From positions 70,786-134,785 of the forward strand of contig DASYJF010000114.1 in the NCBI GenBank assembly GCA_035996815.1: 64,000 bases of DNA, read 5' to 3'. Each line of letters opens with the position of its first letter. The stretch's first letter is position 1. A program made the translations under genes and the position numbers. The notes beneath the pieces were generated by a model that had not been told where the DNA came from, did no database searches, and saw nothing but the letters and a program-made list of their open reading frames with translations. This DNA is from Thermoanaerobaculia bacterium (GTDB lineage Bacteria > Acidobacteriota > Thermoanaerobaculia > Gp7-AA8). Shown one piece after another: positions 44,096 to 52,683 of the stretch.

Positions 44096-45211
44096 ATGAA
44101 CGTGAACGAACAGAAGATGAAGTGGGTCGGGGTTCTGACTTGGATCATCGTCGCGATCCCGAGCGTGCTCTGGCAGGCGCAGTACCGCTCGCTGGTCGGG
44201 CCGCGCGCGGCGCTGTTGTTCACCGCCTTCATCGTTTTCATCATCGCCTTCATTTTTGGTACGCGGCCGGGTTGCGGCACCCCGACGAAGATTTCGATGC
44301 TCGTCGTCGAAACGCTTGCGGCGTACGTCTGCATCTCGATGCAGCCCACCGGCTTTCAACCCGTACTGCTCGTCATCATCGCCGCGCAGCTCGGCGCCTA
44401 CCGGCCGCGCGTCGCCATCATCGCCATCGCGATCAACTGCATCTCCCTCGGCATCATCGTTTCGGCCACCGACGGTTCGCCGGTCATCTACGCGCTCGTC
44501 TACTTTGCGTTTTCACTCTTCTCGCTTTTCTCGATGCACGTCGCGCATTCGGAGATGGAGGCGCGGAAGTCGCTGGCCGAGGCCAATGCGGAGCTGCGCA
44601 TGACCACTGAGCTGCTCGAGATCAGCAGCCGTACCTCGGAACGCCTCCGCATCGCCCGCGATCTCCACGATCTCCTCGGACATCACCTCACGGCGCTGAG
44701 CCTCAATCTCGAAGTGGCCGGCCATCTCGCCTCGGGCGACGCGAAGGAGTCGATCGAGAAGAGCAAGTCGATTGCGAAGCACCTCCTCGCCGACGTTCGC
44801 GACGTCGTCAGCCGTCTTCGCAATGACGAACCGGTCGATCTGACGTCGTCGCTCGAATCATTGCGCGATGTGATCGTCGCGCCGTCGCTCCATCTCGACT
44901 TTCCGGGCGAGCTCGCCGTCGCCGATGCGAACATCGCGGAAGTGGCGCTGCGAACGGTGCAGGAAATCGTGACGAACGCGGTCCGCCACTCCGGGGCCCG
45001 CAATCTCTGGCTGAACCTCGGCACGGCCGATCACACTCTGTCGATCGATGCCCGCGACGACGGCGTCGGCGCCGACAACATCAGCTTCGGCAACGGCCTC
45101 CTCGGCCTTCGCGAGCGCGTGCAGCAGGCGCGCGGAACGTTCGAGGTGACGTCGATGCGCGGCCGCGGCTTCTCGCTCCACGTGACGCTTCCGCTCGGAG
45201 CCGCCGCGTGA
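44096..45211 (+). CDS. sensor histidine kinase, NarL-type (HisKA_3 + HATPase_c), polytopic N-terminal sensor
   Basis: H-box RIARDLHDLLGHHLTAL and ATPase N/G boxes (NAVRHSGA...GNGLLGLRERV). Confidence 0.85.
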   Translation: MNVNEQKMKWVGVLTWIIVAIPSVLWQAQYRSLVGPRAALLFTAFIVFIIAFIFGTRPGCGTPTKISMLVVETLAAYVCISMQPTGFQPVLLVIIAAQLGAYRPRVAIIAIAINCISLGIIVSATDGSPVIYALVYFAFSLFSLFSMHVAHSEMEARKSLAEANAELRMTTELLEISSRTSERLRIARDLHDLLGHHLTALSLNLEVAGHLASGDAKESIEKSKSIAKHLLADVRDVVSRLRNDEPVDLTSSLESLRDVIVAPSLHLDFPGELAVADANIAEVALRTVQEIVTNAVRHSGARNLWLNLGTADHTLSIDARDDGVGADNISFGNGLLGLRERVQQARGTFEVTSMRGRGFSLHVTLPLGAAA

Positions 45212-45849
45212 TCCGCATCTGCATCGTCGAAGATCAGACCATCGTCCGCCAGGGTCTGCGCAGCCTGCTCGCGCTCGTGCCCGACATCGAAGTCGTCGCC
45301 GAGGCCAGTGACGGCGAGGAAGCGGTCGAGGTGATCGAGCGCGAGAAGCCGGACGTCGTCCTGCTCGACCTGCGCATGCCGAAACTCGACGGCGTCGGCG
45401 TCCTGCGCACGCTGCGCGAACGCAACGCCGCGCGCCCGACGCTGATCCTGACGACGTTCGACGACGACGCGATTTTGTTCGAAGCCGTCCGCGCTGGCGC
45501 GAAAGGCTGGTTGCTGAAGGACGTTTCGCTCGAACGCCTCGCCGGCGCAATCCGCACGCTCGCCGACGGAGGCACCTGCATCGAACCGGTCATCACCGAA
45601 CGGATCATGCGCGCGCTGGAAAAGAGCGATTCGTCATTCGAATCCGCCGACCTCCCCGAGCCGCTCACCGACCGCGAACGAACCATCCTCCGCCTCCTCG
45701 CCGGCGGTTACAGCAATCACGAAATAGGAGAGTTGCTGAACATCACCGAGGGAACGGTTAAGAATCACATCTCGAATCTGCTGTCGAAGCTGGGCGTGCG
45801 CGATCGAACGCGCGCGGTGTTGCGGGCGATTGATCTAGGTGTGATTTAG
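45208..45849 (+). CDS. response regulator, NarL/LuxR family
   Basis: Receiver D54 context (VVLLDLRMP). C-terminal LuxR helix-turn-helix (LTDRERTILRLLAGGYSNHEIGELLNITEGTVKNHI). Confidence 0.9.
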   Translation: MIRICIVEDQTIVRQGLRSLLALVPDIEVVAEASDGEEAVEVIEREKPDVVLLDLRMPKLDGVGVLRTLRERNAARPTLILTTFDDDAILFEAVRAGAKGWLLKDVSLERLAGAIRTLADGGTCIEPVITERIMRALEKSDSSFESADLPEPLTDRERTILRLLAGGYSNHEIGELLNITEGTVKNHISNLLSKLGVRDRTRAVLRAIDLGVI

Positions 45850-46052
45850 CCAGGCATCAATGAGCACGAACACTCTTGCCGGGGTCGATCGGTACTTTTC
45901 CCGTCTAACCCTGCTCGCACATCTGTGGCCTTGGCACTTGAGTGCAATGCACGCAGATTCGCGGTGCGGACGCTCAGTCACGCGTTCGTGACCGTCGGTA
46001 CATAGCGTGGACCGGTCGTAACGGACTGCAAGACAATGGGTTACACGACGAG

Positions 46053-46575
46053 GGACGTCACGTCCCACGGTGTGTGACGTCGCGCCCCGCGGTGCGGGCG
46101 TCGCGTCACACAGTGTGTTACGTCGCGCCCCGCGGTGCGGGCGTCGCGTCACACAGTGTGTTACGTCGCGCCCCGCGGTGCGGGCGTCGCGTCACACAGT
46201 GTGTTACGTCGCGTCCCGCGGTGCGGGCGTCGAGTCACACAGTGTGTTACGTCGCGTCCCGCGGTGCGGGCGTCGCGTCCCACGGTGTGTTACGTCGCGT
46301 CCCGCGGTGCGGGCGTCGAGTCACACAGTGTGTTACGTCGCGTCCGGCGGTGCGGGCGTCGCGTCCCACGGTGTGTTACGTCGCGTCCCGCGGTGCGGGC
46401 GTCGAGTCACACAGTGTGTTACGTCGCGTCCCGCGGTGCGGGCGTCGAGTCACACAGTGTGTTACGTCGCGTCCCGCGGTGCGGACGTCGGGTCCCCACG
46501 GTGTGTGACGTCGCTTCCCGCGGTGCGGAGGTCGCGTCCCACGGTGTGTGACGTCGCGTCCCGCGGTGCGGGCGC
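46053..46575. repeat. 43-bp minisatellite, about 12 tandem units (GTGTGTTACGTCGCGCCCCGCGGTGCGGGCGTCGCGTCACACA and variants), each unit hairpin-capable
   Basis: Exact 43-nt period counted. Unit variants differ at 2-4 positions. No unique spacers. Confidence 0.9.
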
Positions 46576-46694
46576 CCTGGCTGCGCGACAAGCACGTCAT
46601 CTTGCTCGAACTGAATCGACCGTCGATTCACGTTCGATGGTGCGCCGCGCGGCCTGATCAAAGACTTCCGGCCCGAACTGCCGCTGTTGATCCG

Positions 46695-47690
46695 CTACTG
46701 AAGCCGGAAATTCACGGTCACCGTGTAGTACACATCGATCGGCTCGCCCCGGACCGTGGCGGGGCGGAAGTGCCACTGGCTGACGGCATCGCGAGCGGCG
46801 TCGCCGAGGCCGTAGGGGAGATCGCGGATGACTTCGACGTTGTCGATGGTCCCATCGCGGCGGACGATCCCGCGGACGACGACAGGCCCCTGGATCCCGG
46901 CGCGGCGCGCCATCATCGGATAGCGCGGTACGACGCGATCGGTCTCCTCCGGCTGCGTTCCGCCAGCCGGCACCGCGGAGTAAACGCCGCCGTTATCCGT
47001 CGCTACATGCACCGGGGCTGGCGCGGTTTCGGTGGGCGGCTGCGGCTCGCTTTCCGGCGGCGAGGCGGCGGATGTCGTCGCAGCGGTGTCGGTCGCAGTC
47101 GTATCGGTATGGACTTCGACCTGACGCGTTCCGGCGGAACTGACATCGATCGCATCAACATCGGCGTAGGCGATCTGGTTGTCGTGAGCGAGCGCGTAGA
47201 AATCGTGGTCGCGCGTGTAGACCTTCACCTGCGTCTCCGCGGACAGCTCGCCGATGATCGGATAGAAGATGCCCGGGCCGGCGTAGAGCGGCGTGCGCGC
47301 GCTGACGATGGCGTTGAGCGCCGGCAGCTTGCGGATCGTTTCGTAGCGCGCCAGGCGGCGCTCGCGCTCGGATGTCCGCTCCAGCGAGTTGCGCTCCGCC
47401 CAGCCGGTCATGCCGTCGTCGTCCTGCACGCGAACCCATGCGCCGCGGTCTTCGAGCACGATGAGCTTCTCGCCGTTGGTCGCGGTTGCGACGACGGGCG
47501 AATTCGCCGTCGGCTGCGTGCGGAGCCGGAGACGTAGCGCAAGCACCGACAGGTTTTCCGATGTGGGCGGCGGCGCGTCGTCGTGTTTTCCGCTGCGCAG
47601 AATCAGCAGCGCCAGCAGCGCGAAAAAAATCACGCCGAGGATGATGACGACGGTCAGGCCGCGCGTGTGCCGGGTTTGTGCGTCAGGCAT
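46695..47690 (-). CDS. TonB-family protein (N-terminal TM, SH3-like middle domain, Pro-rich linker, TonB-C domain)
   Basis: N-terminal transmembrane helix. C-terminal VVPRYP..ARRAGIQGPVVVRGIVRRDGTIDNVEVI..P.GL is the TonB-C signature. Confidence 0.8.
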   Translation of the reverse strand: MPDAQTRHTRGLTVVIILGVIFFALLALLILRSGKHDDAPPPTSENLSVLALRLRLRTQPTANSPVVATATNGEKLIVLEDRGAWVRVQDDDGMTGWAERNSLERTSERERRLARYETIRKLPALNAIVSARTPLYAGPGIFYPIIGELSAETQVKVYTRDHDFYALAHDNQIAYADVDAIDVSSAGTRQVEVHTDTTATDTAATTSAASPPESEPQPPTETAPAPVHVATDNGGVYSAVPAGGTQPEETDRVVPRYPMMARRAGIQGPVVVRGIVRRDGTIDNVEVIRDLPYGLGDAARDAVSQWHFRPATVRGEPIDVYYTVTVNFRLQ

Positions 47691-47781
47691 GTGGTAGTGG
47701 ATTACTGGACGAGTAGATTAGTGGATTAGGAAATCGCTTCGTGCCTCTTCTAATCTACTAATCCACTGATCACGAATCTAC
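47691..47781. repeat. repeat family D hairpin (GTGGTAGTGGATTACTGGACGAGTAGATTAGTGGATTAGG ... CTAATCTACTAATCCACTGATCACGAATCTAC)
   Basis: Inverted repeat between the argF stop and the TonB start. Same family as 18797-19038 and 60915-60995. Confidence 0.75.
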
Positions 47782-48698
47782 TTCTTCATCAACACGTACA
47801 TGATCGCCTTCTGCACGTGCAGCCGGTTTTCGGCTTCGTCGTAGATGACTGATTGCGGCGAGTCGATGACCTCGCCCGCCACTTCCTCGCCGCGATGTGC
47901 GGGGAGGCAGTGCATGAAGATGGCGTCCTTCTTCGCGAGCGACATCACCCGCGAATCGACCATCCATCCTTCGAAGTCTTTCTGTCGTTTCTGCGCTTCC
48001 GCTTCCTGACCCATCGACGCCCAGACGTCCGTCTCGACGACGTCGGCGTCGCGCACCGCTTCTTCGATGGACGTGGTGATGGTGACTTTCGTGCCGGCGT
48101 AGTCGGCGTCGCCCTGCGATTGCGCGATGATCATCGGATCGGGCGCGTAACTCGGCGGTGTGGCGATGGAGATGTGCATCCCCACTTTCGACGCACCGAA
48201 CATCAGCGAGTGGGCCATGTTGTTGCCGTCGCCGATGTAGGCGAGCTTGCGGCCTTTGAGATCGCCGAGGCGCTCCCAGGCGGTGAAGTAATCGGTCATG
48301 GCCTGCATCGGATGCGAGAGATCGGTCAGTCCGTTGATGACCGGCACGCTCGAATACTCAGCCAGCTCCGTGACCGTCTTGTGCGCGAAGGTGCGGGCCA
48401 TGATGCCGTCGACGTAGCGGGATAGGACTTTCGCACTGTCGTAAATCGGCTCGCCGCGTCCGATCTGAATGTCGCGCGACGAAAGAAAAAGCGCGTGGCC
48501 GCCCATCTGGAACATCCCTACTTCGAAGGAGACGCGCGTGCGGGTCGACGATTTCTCGAAGATCATCGCCAGCGTCTTTCCCTTCAGCGCGTCGCGGTAC
48601 TTCTCGCGATTCGCCTTCATGTCGCGCGCGATCTCGAAGATCTCGCGAACCTCGTCAGCGGAGTAGTCGTGAATTTCGATGAAGTCTTTATGCCTCAT
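47778..48698 (-). CDS. argF: ornithine carbamoyltransferase
   Basis: STRTR carbamoyl-phosphate motif and HCLP motif. OTCase length. Confidence 0.85.
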   Translation of the reverse strand: MRHKDFIEIHDYSADEVREIFEIARDMKANREKYRDALKGKTLAMIFEKSSTRTRVSFEVGMFQMGGHALFLSSRDIQIGRGEPIYDSAKVLSRYVDGIMARTFAHKTVTELAEYSSVPVINGLTDLSHPMQAMTDYFTAWERLGDLKGRKLAYIGDGNNMAHSLMFGASKVGMHISIATPPSYAPDPMIIAQSQGDADYAGTKVTITTSIEEAVRDADVVETDVWASMGQEAEAQKRQKDFEGWMVDSRVMSLAKKDAIFMHCLPAHRGEEVAGEVIDSPQSVIYDEAENRLHVQKAIMYVLMKK

Positions 48699-48713
48699 TG
48701 CGGTGCGGATTGT

Positions 48714-48800
48714 ATGGGAGTGGGAGTAGGGAGTGGGAGACCCGAGGTGGTTTGCTGTTGTTGCCTATCTCCCACTCCCCATCCCCCACGCCCCACTCCC
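48714..48800. repeat. G-tract/C-tract hairpin repeat family C copy
   Basis: GGGAGTGGGAGTAGGGAGTGGGAGA ... TCTCCCACTCCCCATCCCCCACGCCCCACTCCC. Confidence 0.8.
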
Positions 48801-49538
48801 GGTTTCGTGGACGCGTCCATCCTCGACGAGCTTGATGAGATGTGCCGCGATCTGAATCTCCGCCGCTCCGTGAAGCCGCGGATCGAGAACGGGATAAATG
48901 CGCTGCCGCATCGATGCCGCCGATGTCGCGCCGTTCGCGACCGCGTCGAGCAGTTGGTTTTCTCGTTCGAGACGGTGGGCAAGATATTGCTCAATCAAGG
49001 TGACGGCATCATCGCGCGTCGGTCCGTGCGCGGGGAAAATTCGTTTCGGATTGTGCGTGAGCAGCAGCCGCAGAGAGTCCATGTAATCGCGCATCGATCC
49101 GTCCGGCGGAAAGATCGCGGTCGTCCCCTCGCCGAGGACGGTGTCGCCGGTGAAGAGATCGCCGGCTGAGGTCAGAAAGCAAACGTGTTCGGCAGTGTGT
49201 CCCGGCGTCGCGATCACTTCGAGGGTTTCATCCTCGATCGCAATCGTGTCGCCGCCGGCGATGCGATGATCGACGAGCGTGTCATCGAGTACGCCGCGCG
49301 GCGCAAGGATTCGTGCGCCGGTTATTCTCTTCAGCGGCACCGCCGCCGGCGCGTGATCGGCATGCCGATGCGTGATCAGAATCGTCGTCAGTCTCGGCAT
49401 TGCCATTCGAATCGCTTCGATGTGCGAATCGATCGCAGGACCGGGATCGATGATCGCTGACTCGCCGAGCAGATACGTCCGCGTTCCACTCAACGTGAAC
49501 GGGCCCGGATTCGGAGCGGTGATGTCGCGAATGATCAC
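48765..49538 (-). CDS. MBL-fold metallo-hydrolase
   Basis: THRHADH motif. Its C-terminal about 12 codons run into the G-tract hairpin repeat. Confidence 0.8.
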   Translation of the reverse strand: MIIRDITAPNPGPFTLSGTRTYLLGESAIIDPGPAIDSHIEAIRMAMPRLTTILITHRHADHAPAAVPLKRITGARILAPRGVLDDTLVDHRIAGGDTIAIEDETLEVIATPGHTAEHVCFLTSAGDLFTGDTVLGEGTTAIFPPDGSMRDYMDSLRLLLTHNPKRIFPAHGPTRDDAVTLIEQYLAHRLERENQLLDAVANGATSAASMRQRIYPVLDPRLHGAAEIQIAAHLIKLVEDGRVHETGSGAWGMGSGR

Positions 49539-50236
49539 GGCAGGATAATTTTCTTCTTTCCGTCTTCGACCACGAGCACCGGACGCGTCGCCGGCACATC
49601 CACTCCTCGGCGCGACGCCAGCAACTCCTCGGCTGCGCTGAATCCGGCAAGCGCTTCGAGGTTCTTCTGCGTCGGAAAAACGATCTGCAGTTTCTCGATT
49701 GCCTCGGCCGGCGGAATCCAGATTACTTCGACCGCTTCGACGTTTTCCGCCGAGGCGATGGCGCTGCGGTCGACGGCAGCGAGGAAAAAGTACGTGTCGA
49801 ATCGCTTCGGAACGCCGACCGGCGTAATCCAGCGCGAGGTCCAGACGAGTTTGTCGAGATCGAGCGGCGATTCGTCGATGAGCGACGCGAACGTGATCTC
49901 GCCGGCCAACAGCGCGCGGCGTTTTTCATCGGCGCCGACGAGCGGAGCGCCGAGCCAGATGCCGCTCTCTTCGAACAACTCGCGTGCTGCAGCGACGCGC
50001 ATCGTCGCGAGCTCCGTTCCATCGCCAAGATTGTGATCGGAATGTTCGACGACGCCGCCGGGAAAGACCCACGCGTCCGGCACGAATGACGACTTCGAAT
50101 GACGCCGAATCATCAGCACTTCCAGCGGCGAATCGCGCAACACGATCACGCTCGCGGCGGGAATCGGCGGCACCTCGGCTGCATCGCCGGCTCCGCGCGG
50201 GAGCTGGCGGTCGGAGACGTTGTGTGAAGTCGTCAT
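49535..50236 (-). CDS. NUDIX hydrolase
   Basis: Nudix box G..E....AAARELFEESG. Confidence 0.8.
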   Translation of the reverse strand: MTTSHNVSDRQLPRGAGDAAEVPPIPAASVIVLRDSPLEVLMIRRHSKSSFVPDAWVFPGGVVEHSDHNLGDGTELATMRVAAARELFEESGIWLGAPLVGADEKRRALLAGEITFASLIDESPLDLDKLVWTSRWITPVGVPKRFDTYFFLAAVDRSAIASAENVEAVEVIWIPPAEAIEKLQIVFPTQKNLEALAGFSAAEELLASRRGVDVPATRPVLVVEDGKKKIILP

Positions 50237-50248
50237 GGCAGTACGACT

Positions 50249-50662
50249 CTACTTCGAGACCAGCGCCGCAGGGCGGAAGGCAATCTCCGGAAACGCTTTC
50301 AACAGCGCAGCGTCGAAGGTAGCAAGCGGGAGGTGCTCACGAGCTGCCAGCTCGACAAACAGCGTGTCGTAAACGGCGACCTTGGAGAGATGCGCGCGAA
50401 CCAGCGCACCCTGCCACAGGGTGTGGATCGGGACGACGTGAATGCCCAGGCCCCACGCCAACGTCAGCCGGTTCACAGCGTCATCGACACTGAGAATCTG
50501 GTGACGAGTTGCCATCCAGATAGCATTGGCAAATTCCGCCTCCCAGAGCGCAGGAGCCCAGGCTTCATCCAGCAGAGCCATAAACTCCCGAGTTTCTTGA
50601 ATGAACGGCTCTGTGCCGAGGACGAAATAGGCGATGACGTTCGTATCGACGACGGCGTTCAC
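50249..50662 (-). CDS. vapC: PIN-domain ribonuclease toxin of a type II toxin-antitoxin pair
   Basis: N-terminal VVDTNV (PIN Asp) followed by conserved acidic residues. 4-bp overlap with the upstream antitoxin. Confidence 0.8.
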   Translation of the reverse strand: MNAVVDTNVIAYFVLGTEPFIQETREFMALLDEAWAPALWEAEFANAIWMATRHQILSVDDAVNRLTLAWGLGIHVVPIHTLWQGALVRAHLSKVAVYDTLFVELAAREHLPLATFDAALLKAFPEIAFRPAALVSK

Positions 50663-50886
50663 GAACGACCGAATCCGATCCAGGCGTCAACCTCTTTGAC
50701 AGTGGGTCGCCGTGTCTGCCGCGCCCATCCTGCTTCGATCTGCGCCAGCACAGACCGCCGTTCCGCGAGATGTGCTTCCAGCACCTCGCGCAGCTCCTGC
50801 TCCATGGAATGGCGCCGGCTCCGCGCCAGAGCCTTGAGAGACTTGACGACTTGATTCGGGACGTTGCGAATGGTGAGTGTCGGCAT
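50659..50886 (-). CDS. vapB: ribbon-helix-helix/FitA-like VapB antitoxin
   Basis: MPTLTIRNVPNQVVKSLKALA is a typical FitA/VapB N-terminus. Overlaps vapC. Confidence 0.7.
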   Translation of the reverse strand: MPTLTIRNVPNQVVKSLKALARSRRHSMEQELREVLEAHLAERRSVLAQIEAGWARQTRRPTVKEVDAWIGFGRS

Positions 50887-50937
50887 CGCTGCTCCGTGCA
50901 GGCACTATGCTAGCAAATTCAGCCGATATTCAGTTCG

Positions 50938-51312
50938 TCAGCACTTCCCCTGCCAGCCCACCCACTCCTCGCCGCCGGGTCCGCGTTCCTTCTTCCAGAT
51001 CGGGACGGTCTCTTTGATGCGATCGATCATCATCCGGCACGCCTCAAACGCCTCGGCGCGATGCGGCGACGCGGTCACGATCGCGATCGATGAATCGCCG
51101 ACGATGAGTTGCCCGAGGCGATGCATAACGGCAACCGCAACGTCGGCGTACGCACTCCGCACCTCATCGACGATCTTCGCAATCTCCTTCTCTGCCATCG
51201 GCCGGTAGGCGTCGTAGAAAATCGACTCGACCGCCTTACCCTCGTGGTGATTGCGTACGACGCCTTCGAACAGCACGTACGCACCGTCGGACGGACGCAT
51301 CACGCGCTTCAC
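50938..51312 (-). CDS. moaE: molybdopterin synthase catalytic subunit
   Basis: Aligns with E. coli MoaE (FEGVVRNHH...HRLG.L..GD..V.V..S.HR..AFEA). No in-frame ATG/GTG/TTG was found upstream of GTG 51312 and the conserved N-terminus continues to the preceding stop, so the true start may use a rare codon (CTG/ATT). Confidence 0.75.
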   Translation of the reverse strand: MKRVMRPSDGAYVLFEGVVRNHHEGKAVESIFYDAYRPMAEKEIAKIVDEVRSAYADVAVAVMHRLGQLIVGDSSIAIVTASPHRAEAFEACRMMIDRIKETVPIWKKERGPGGEEWVGWQGKC

Positions 51313-51357
51313 GAGCGCGGCGGCATCGATCGGATCGTCAGTCAGATAAGAAATGCG

Positions 51358-52047
51358 TCACCTCTTCAGCGGTCGATCGTGCGCCGGCCGCGGCGTCGAA
51401 GAGACGATCTCGACGCCTGCTTCGCCGCGACGTCCCGCGCCGCCGCGCCGCGCTTTTTCCAGCGTCATCAGAAATCCGAACGCGGGATCTTTGAACTGGA
51501 GATGCCGCAGCATGCTCCAGTGTTTGCGCACGTAGCGCTGCAGAAAATCGAGCACGTGCCCGAGGCTGATGATGCGGCAGGGTGGCACAGGAGCGCCGGG
51601 CGGAAAAGAGCCGAAGGCGATCAGGCGAATCGCGAAACCGGACGGCAGTGTGGCCGATCCATGTTCGAGGAGATCCGCGACGACGGGATCGCTGTCGATG
51701 GTCGAATCGCCGAGGCGGCTGATCACGGTCTTCAGGATTTCGGGATTGCGCGCGCCGCTGTTGATGCCGACGCGTCCTTCCTTCACCTCACCGATCACCA
51801 TGTCAATTCCATCGGGCGGCACGCCGAGGCCAGGATCGATGTCGCTCATGTCGAGAGCGCGCGGTGCACGCTTCGGCGAGCTCGCCGGCGACGGCAACCC
51901 GGACGGAAACCGGAAGGCGAGGACGTCGATGTCGGTCAGCGTGCGGAAGCCGTTGCGTCCCGCGGCCGCGATGATCGGATACTCGGCGGAAGTGAAATAC
52001 CCATTGAGCTGCAGATACGCCTGAACGAGGGCGACGGCGTGGTCCAT
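51358..52047 (-). CDS. hypothetical protein with possible PD-(D/E)xK nuclease-fold motifs
   Basis: TDIDVLAF ... DMVIGEVKEG pattern (D ... ExK about 40 aa apart). Confidence 0.45.
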   Translation of the reverse strand: MDHAVALVQAYLQLNGYFTSAEYPIIAAAGRNGFRTLTDIDVLAFRFPSGLPSPASSPKRAPRALDMSDIDPGLGVPPDGIDMVIGEVKEGRVGINSGARNPEILKTVISRLGDSTIDSDPVVADLLEHGSATLPSGFAIRLIAFGSFPPGAPVPPCRIISLGHVLDFLQRYVRKHWSMLRHLQFKDPAFGFLMTLEKARRGGAGRRGEAGVEIVSSTPRPAHDRPLKR

Positions 52048-52058
52048 GGCGCAATGAT

Positions 52059-52270
52059 AGTGGTTAGTGGCCAGTGGTTAGTGGCCAGTGGTCAGGAAGG
52101 CAATGAGTGGTCAACTGGCGACGGTGAGGTAGGAATGAGCGGTTAGTCGCCGGTGAAGGGCGCGATCATCATCACTGACCACTGACCACTGACCACTGAC
52201 CACTGACCACTGACCACTGACCACTGACCACTGGCCACTGACCACTGGCCACTAACCACTGGCCACTAAC
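52059..52270. repeat. long imperfect inverted repeat whose right arm is an octamer microsatellite (CCACTGAC) of about 8 units plus GGCCACTAACCACT variants
   Basis: Left arm 52059-52097 (GTGGTTAGTGGCCAGTGG...) is complementary to the right arm 52173-52270. It lies in the divergent region between the 51358..52047 gene and ykgJ. Confidence 0.85.
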
Positions 52271-52294
52271 AACTACTTCCCGTACACTCTCGCC

Positions 52295-52654
52295 ATGGGC
52301 TCCTACGACTGCACGAAGTGCCCCGCGTACTGCTGCAGCTACACGCGGATCATCGTCAACAAACGCGATCTGACTCGCCTGGCGAAGCACTTCGACGTCG
52401 ATGTCGAAGTCGCGAAAAAGCGCTTCACGAAAGTCGTCGAAGGCGAGCAGGTTCTTCGTCATCAGAAGGACAAGATTTACGGCAGCGTCTGCATGTTTCT
52501 CGACATCAAAGAGCGGCGCTGCACGATCTACAACGCGCGGCCCGGCGTCTGCCACGAGTATCCCGACTTCAAGCGCTGCGGGTACTATGACTTCCTGAAA
52601 TGGGAGCGGACGCAACAGGACGATGAGAAGTTCATCCCGCTGACGTGGAAGTAG
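52295..52654 (+). CDS. YkgJ-family cysteine-cluster protein
   Basis: [10 protein letters not shown]-terminal cluster plus downstream Cys/His residues (C..C.EY....C). About 120 aa. Confidence 0.8.
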   Translation: MGSYDCTKCPAYCCSYTRIIVNKRDLTRLAKHFDVDVEVAKKRFTKVVEGEQVLRHQKDKIYGSVCMFLDIKERRCTIYNARPGVCHEYPDFKRCGYYDFLKWERTQQDDEKFIPLTWK

Positions 52655-52683
52655 GCGCAACTAGTTATTTGTTCATTGTCCGC

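Noticed and set aside
46053-46575. Considered a CRISPR array because of regularly spaced GC-rich partially palindromic repeats.
   Set aside because: The entire 43-bp unit repeats with near identity. There are no unique spacers, and no cas genes or leader nearby. It is a minisatellite.
45942-46657. Track ORFs 45942..46508, 46070..46657, 46135..46551 and their antisense partners with repetitive RPAVRAS...VTQCVTS peptides.
   Set aside because: They are produced by translating the 43-bp minisatellite. The 43-aa periodicity equals 3 x 43 nt.
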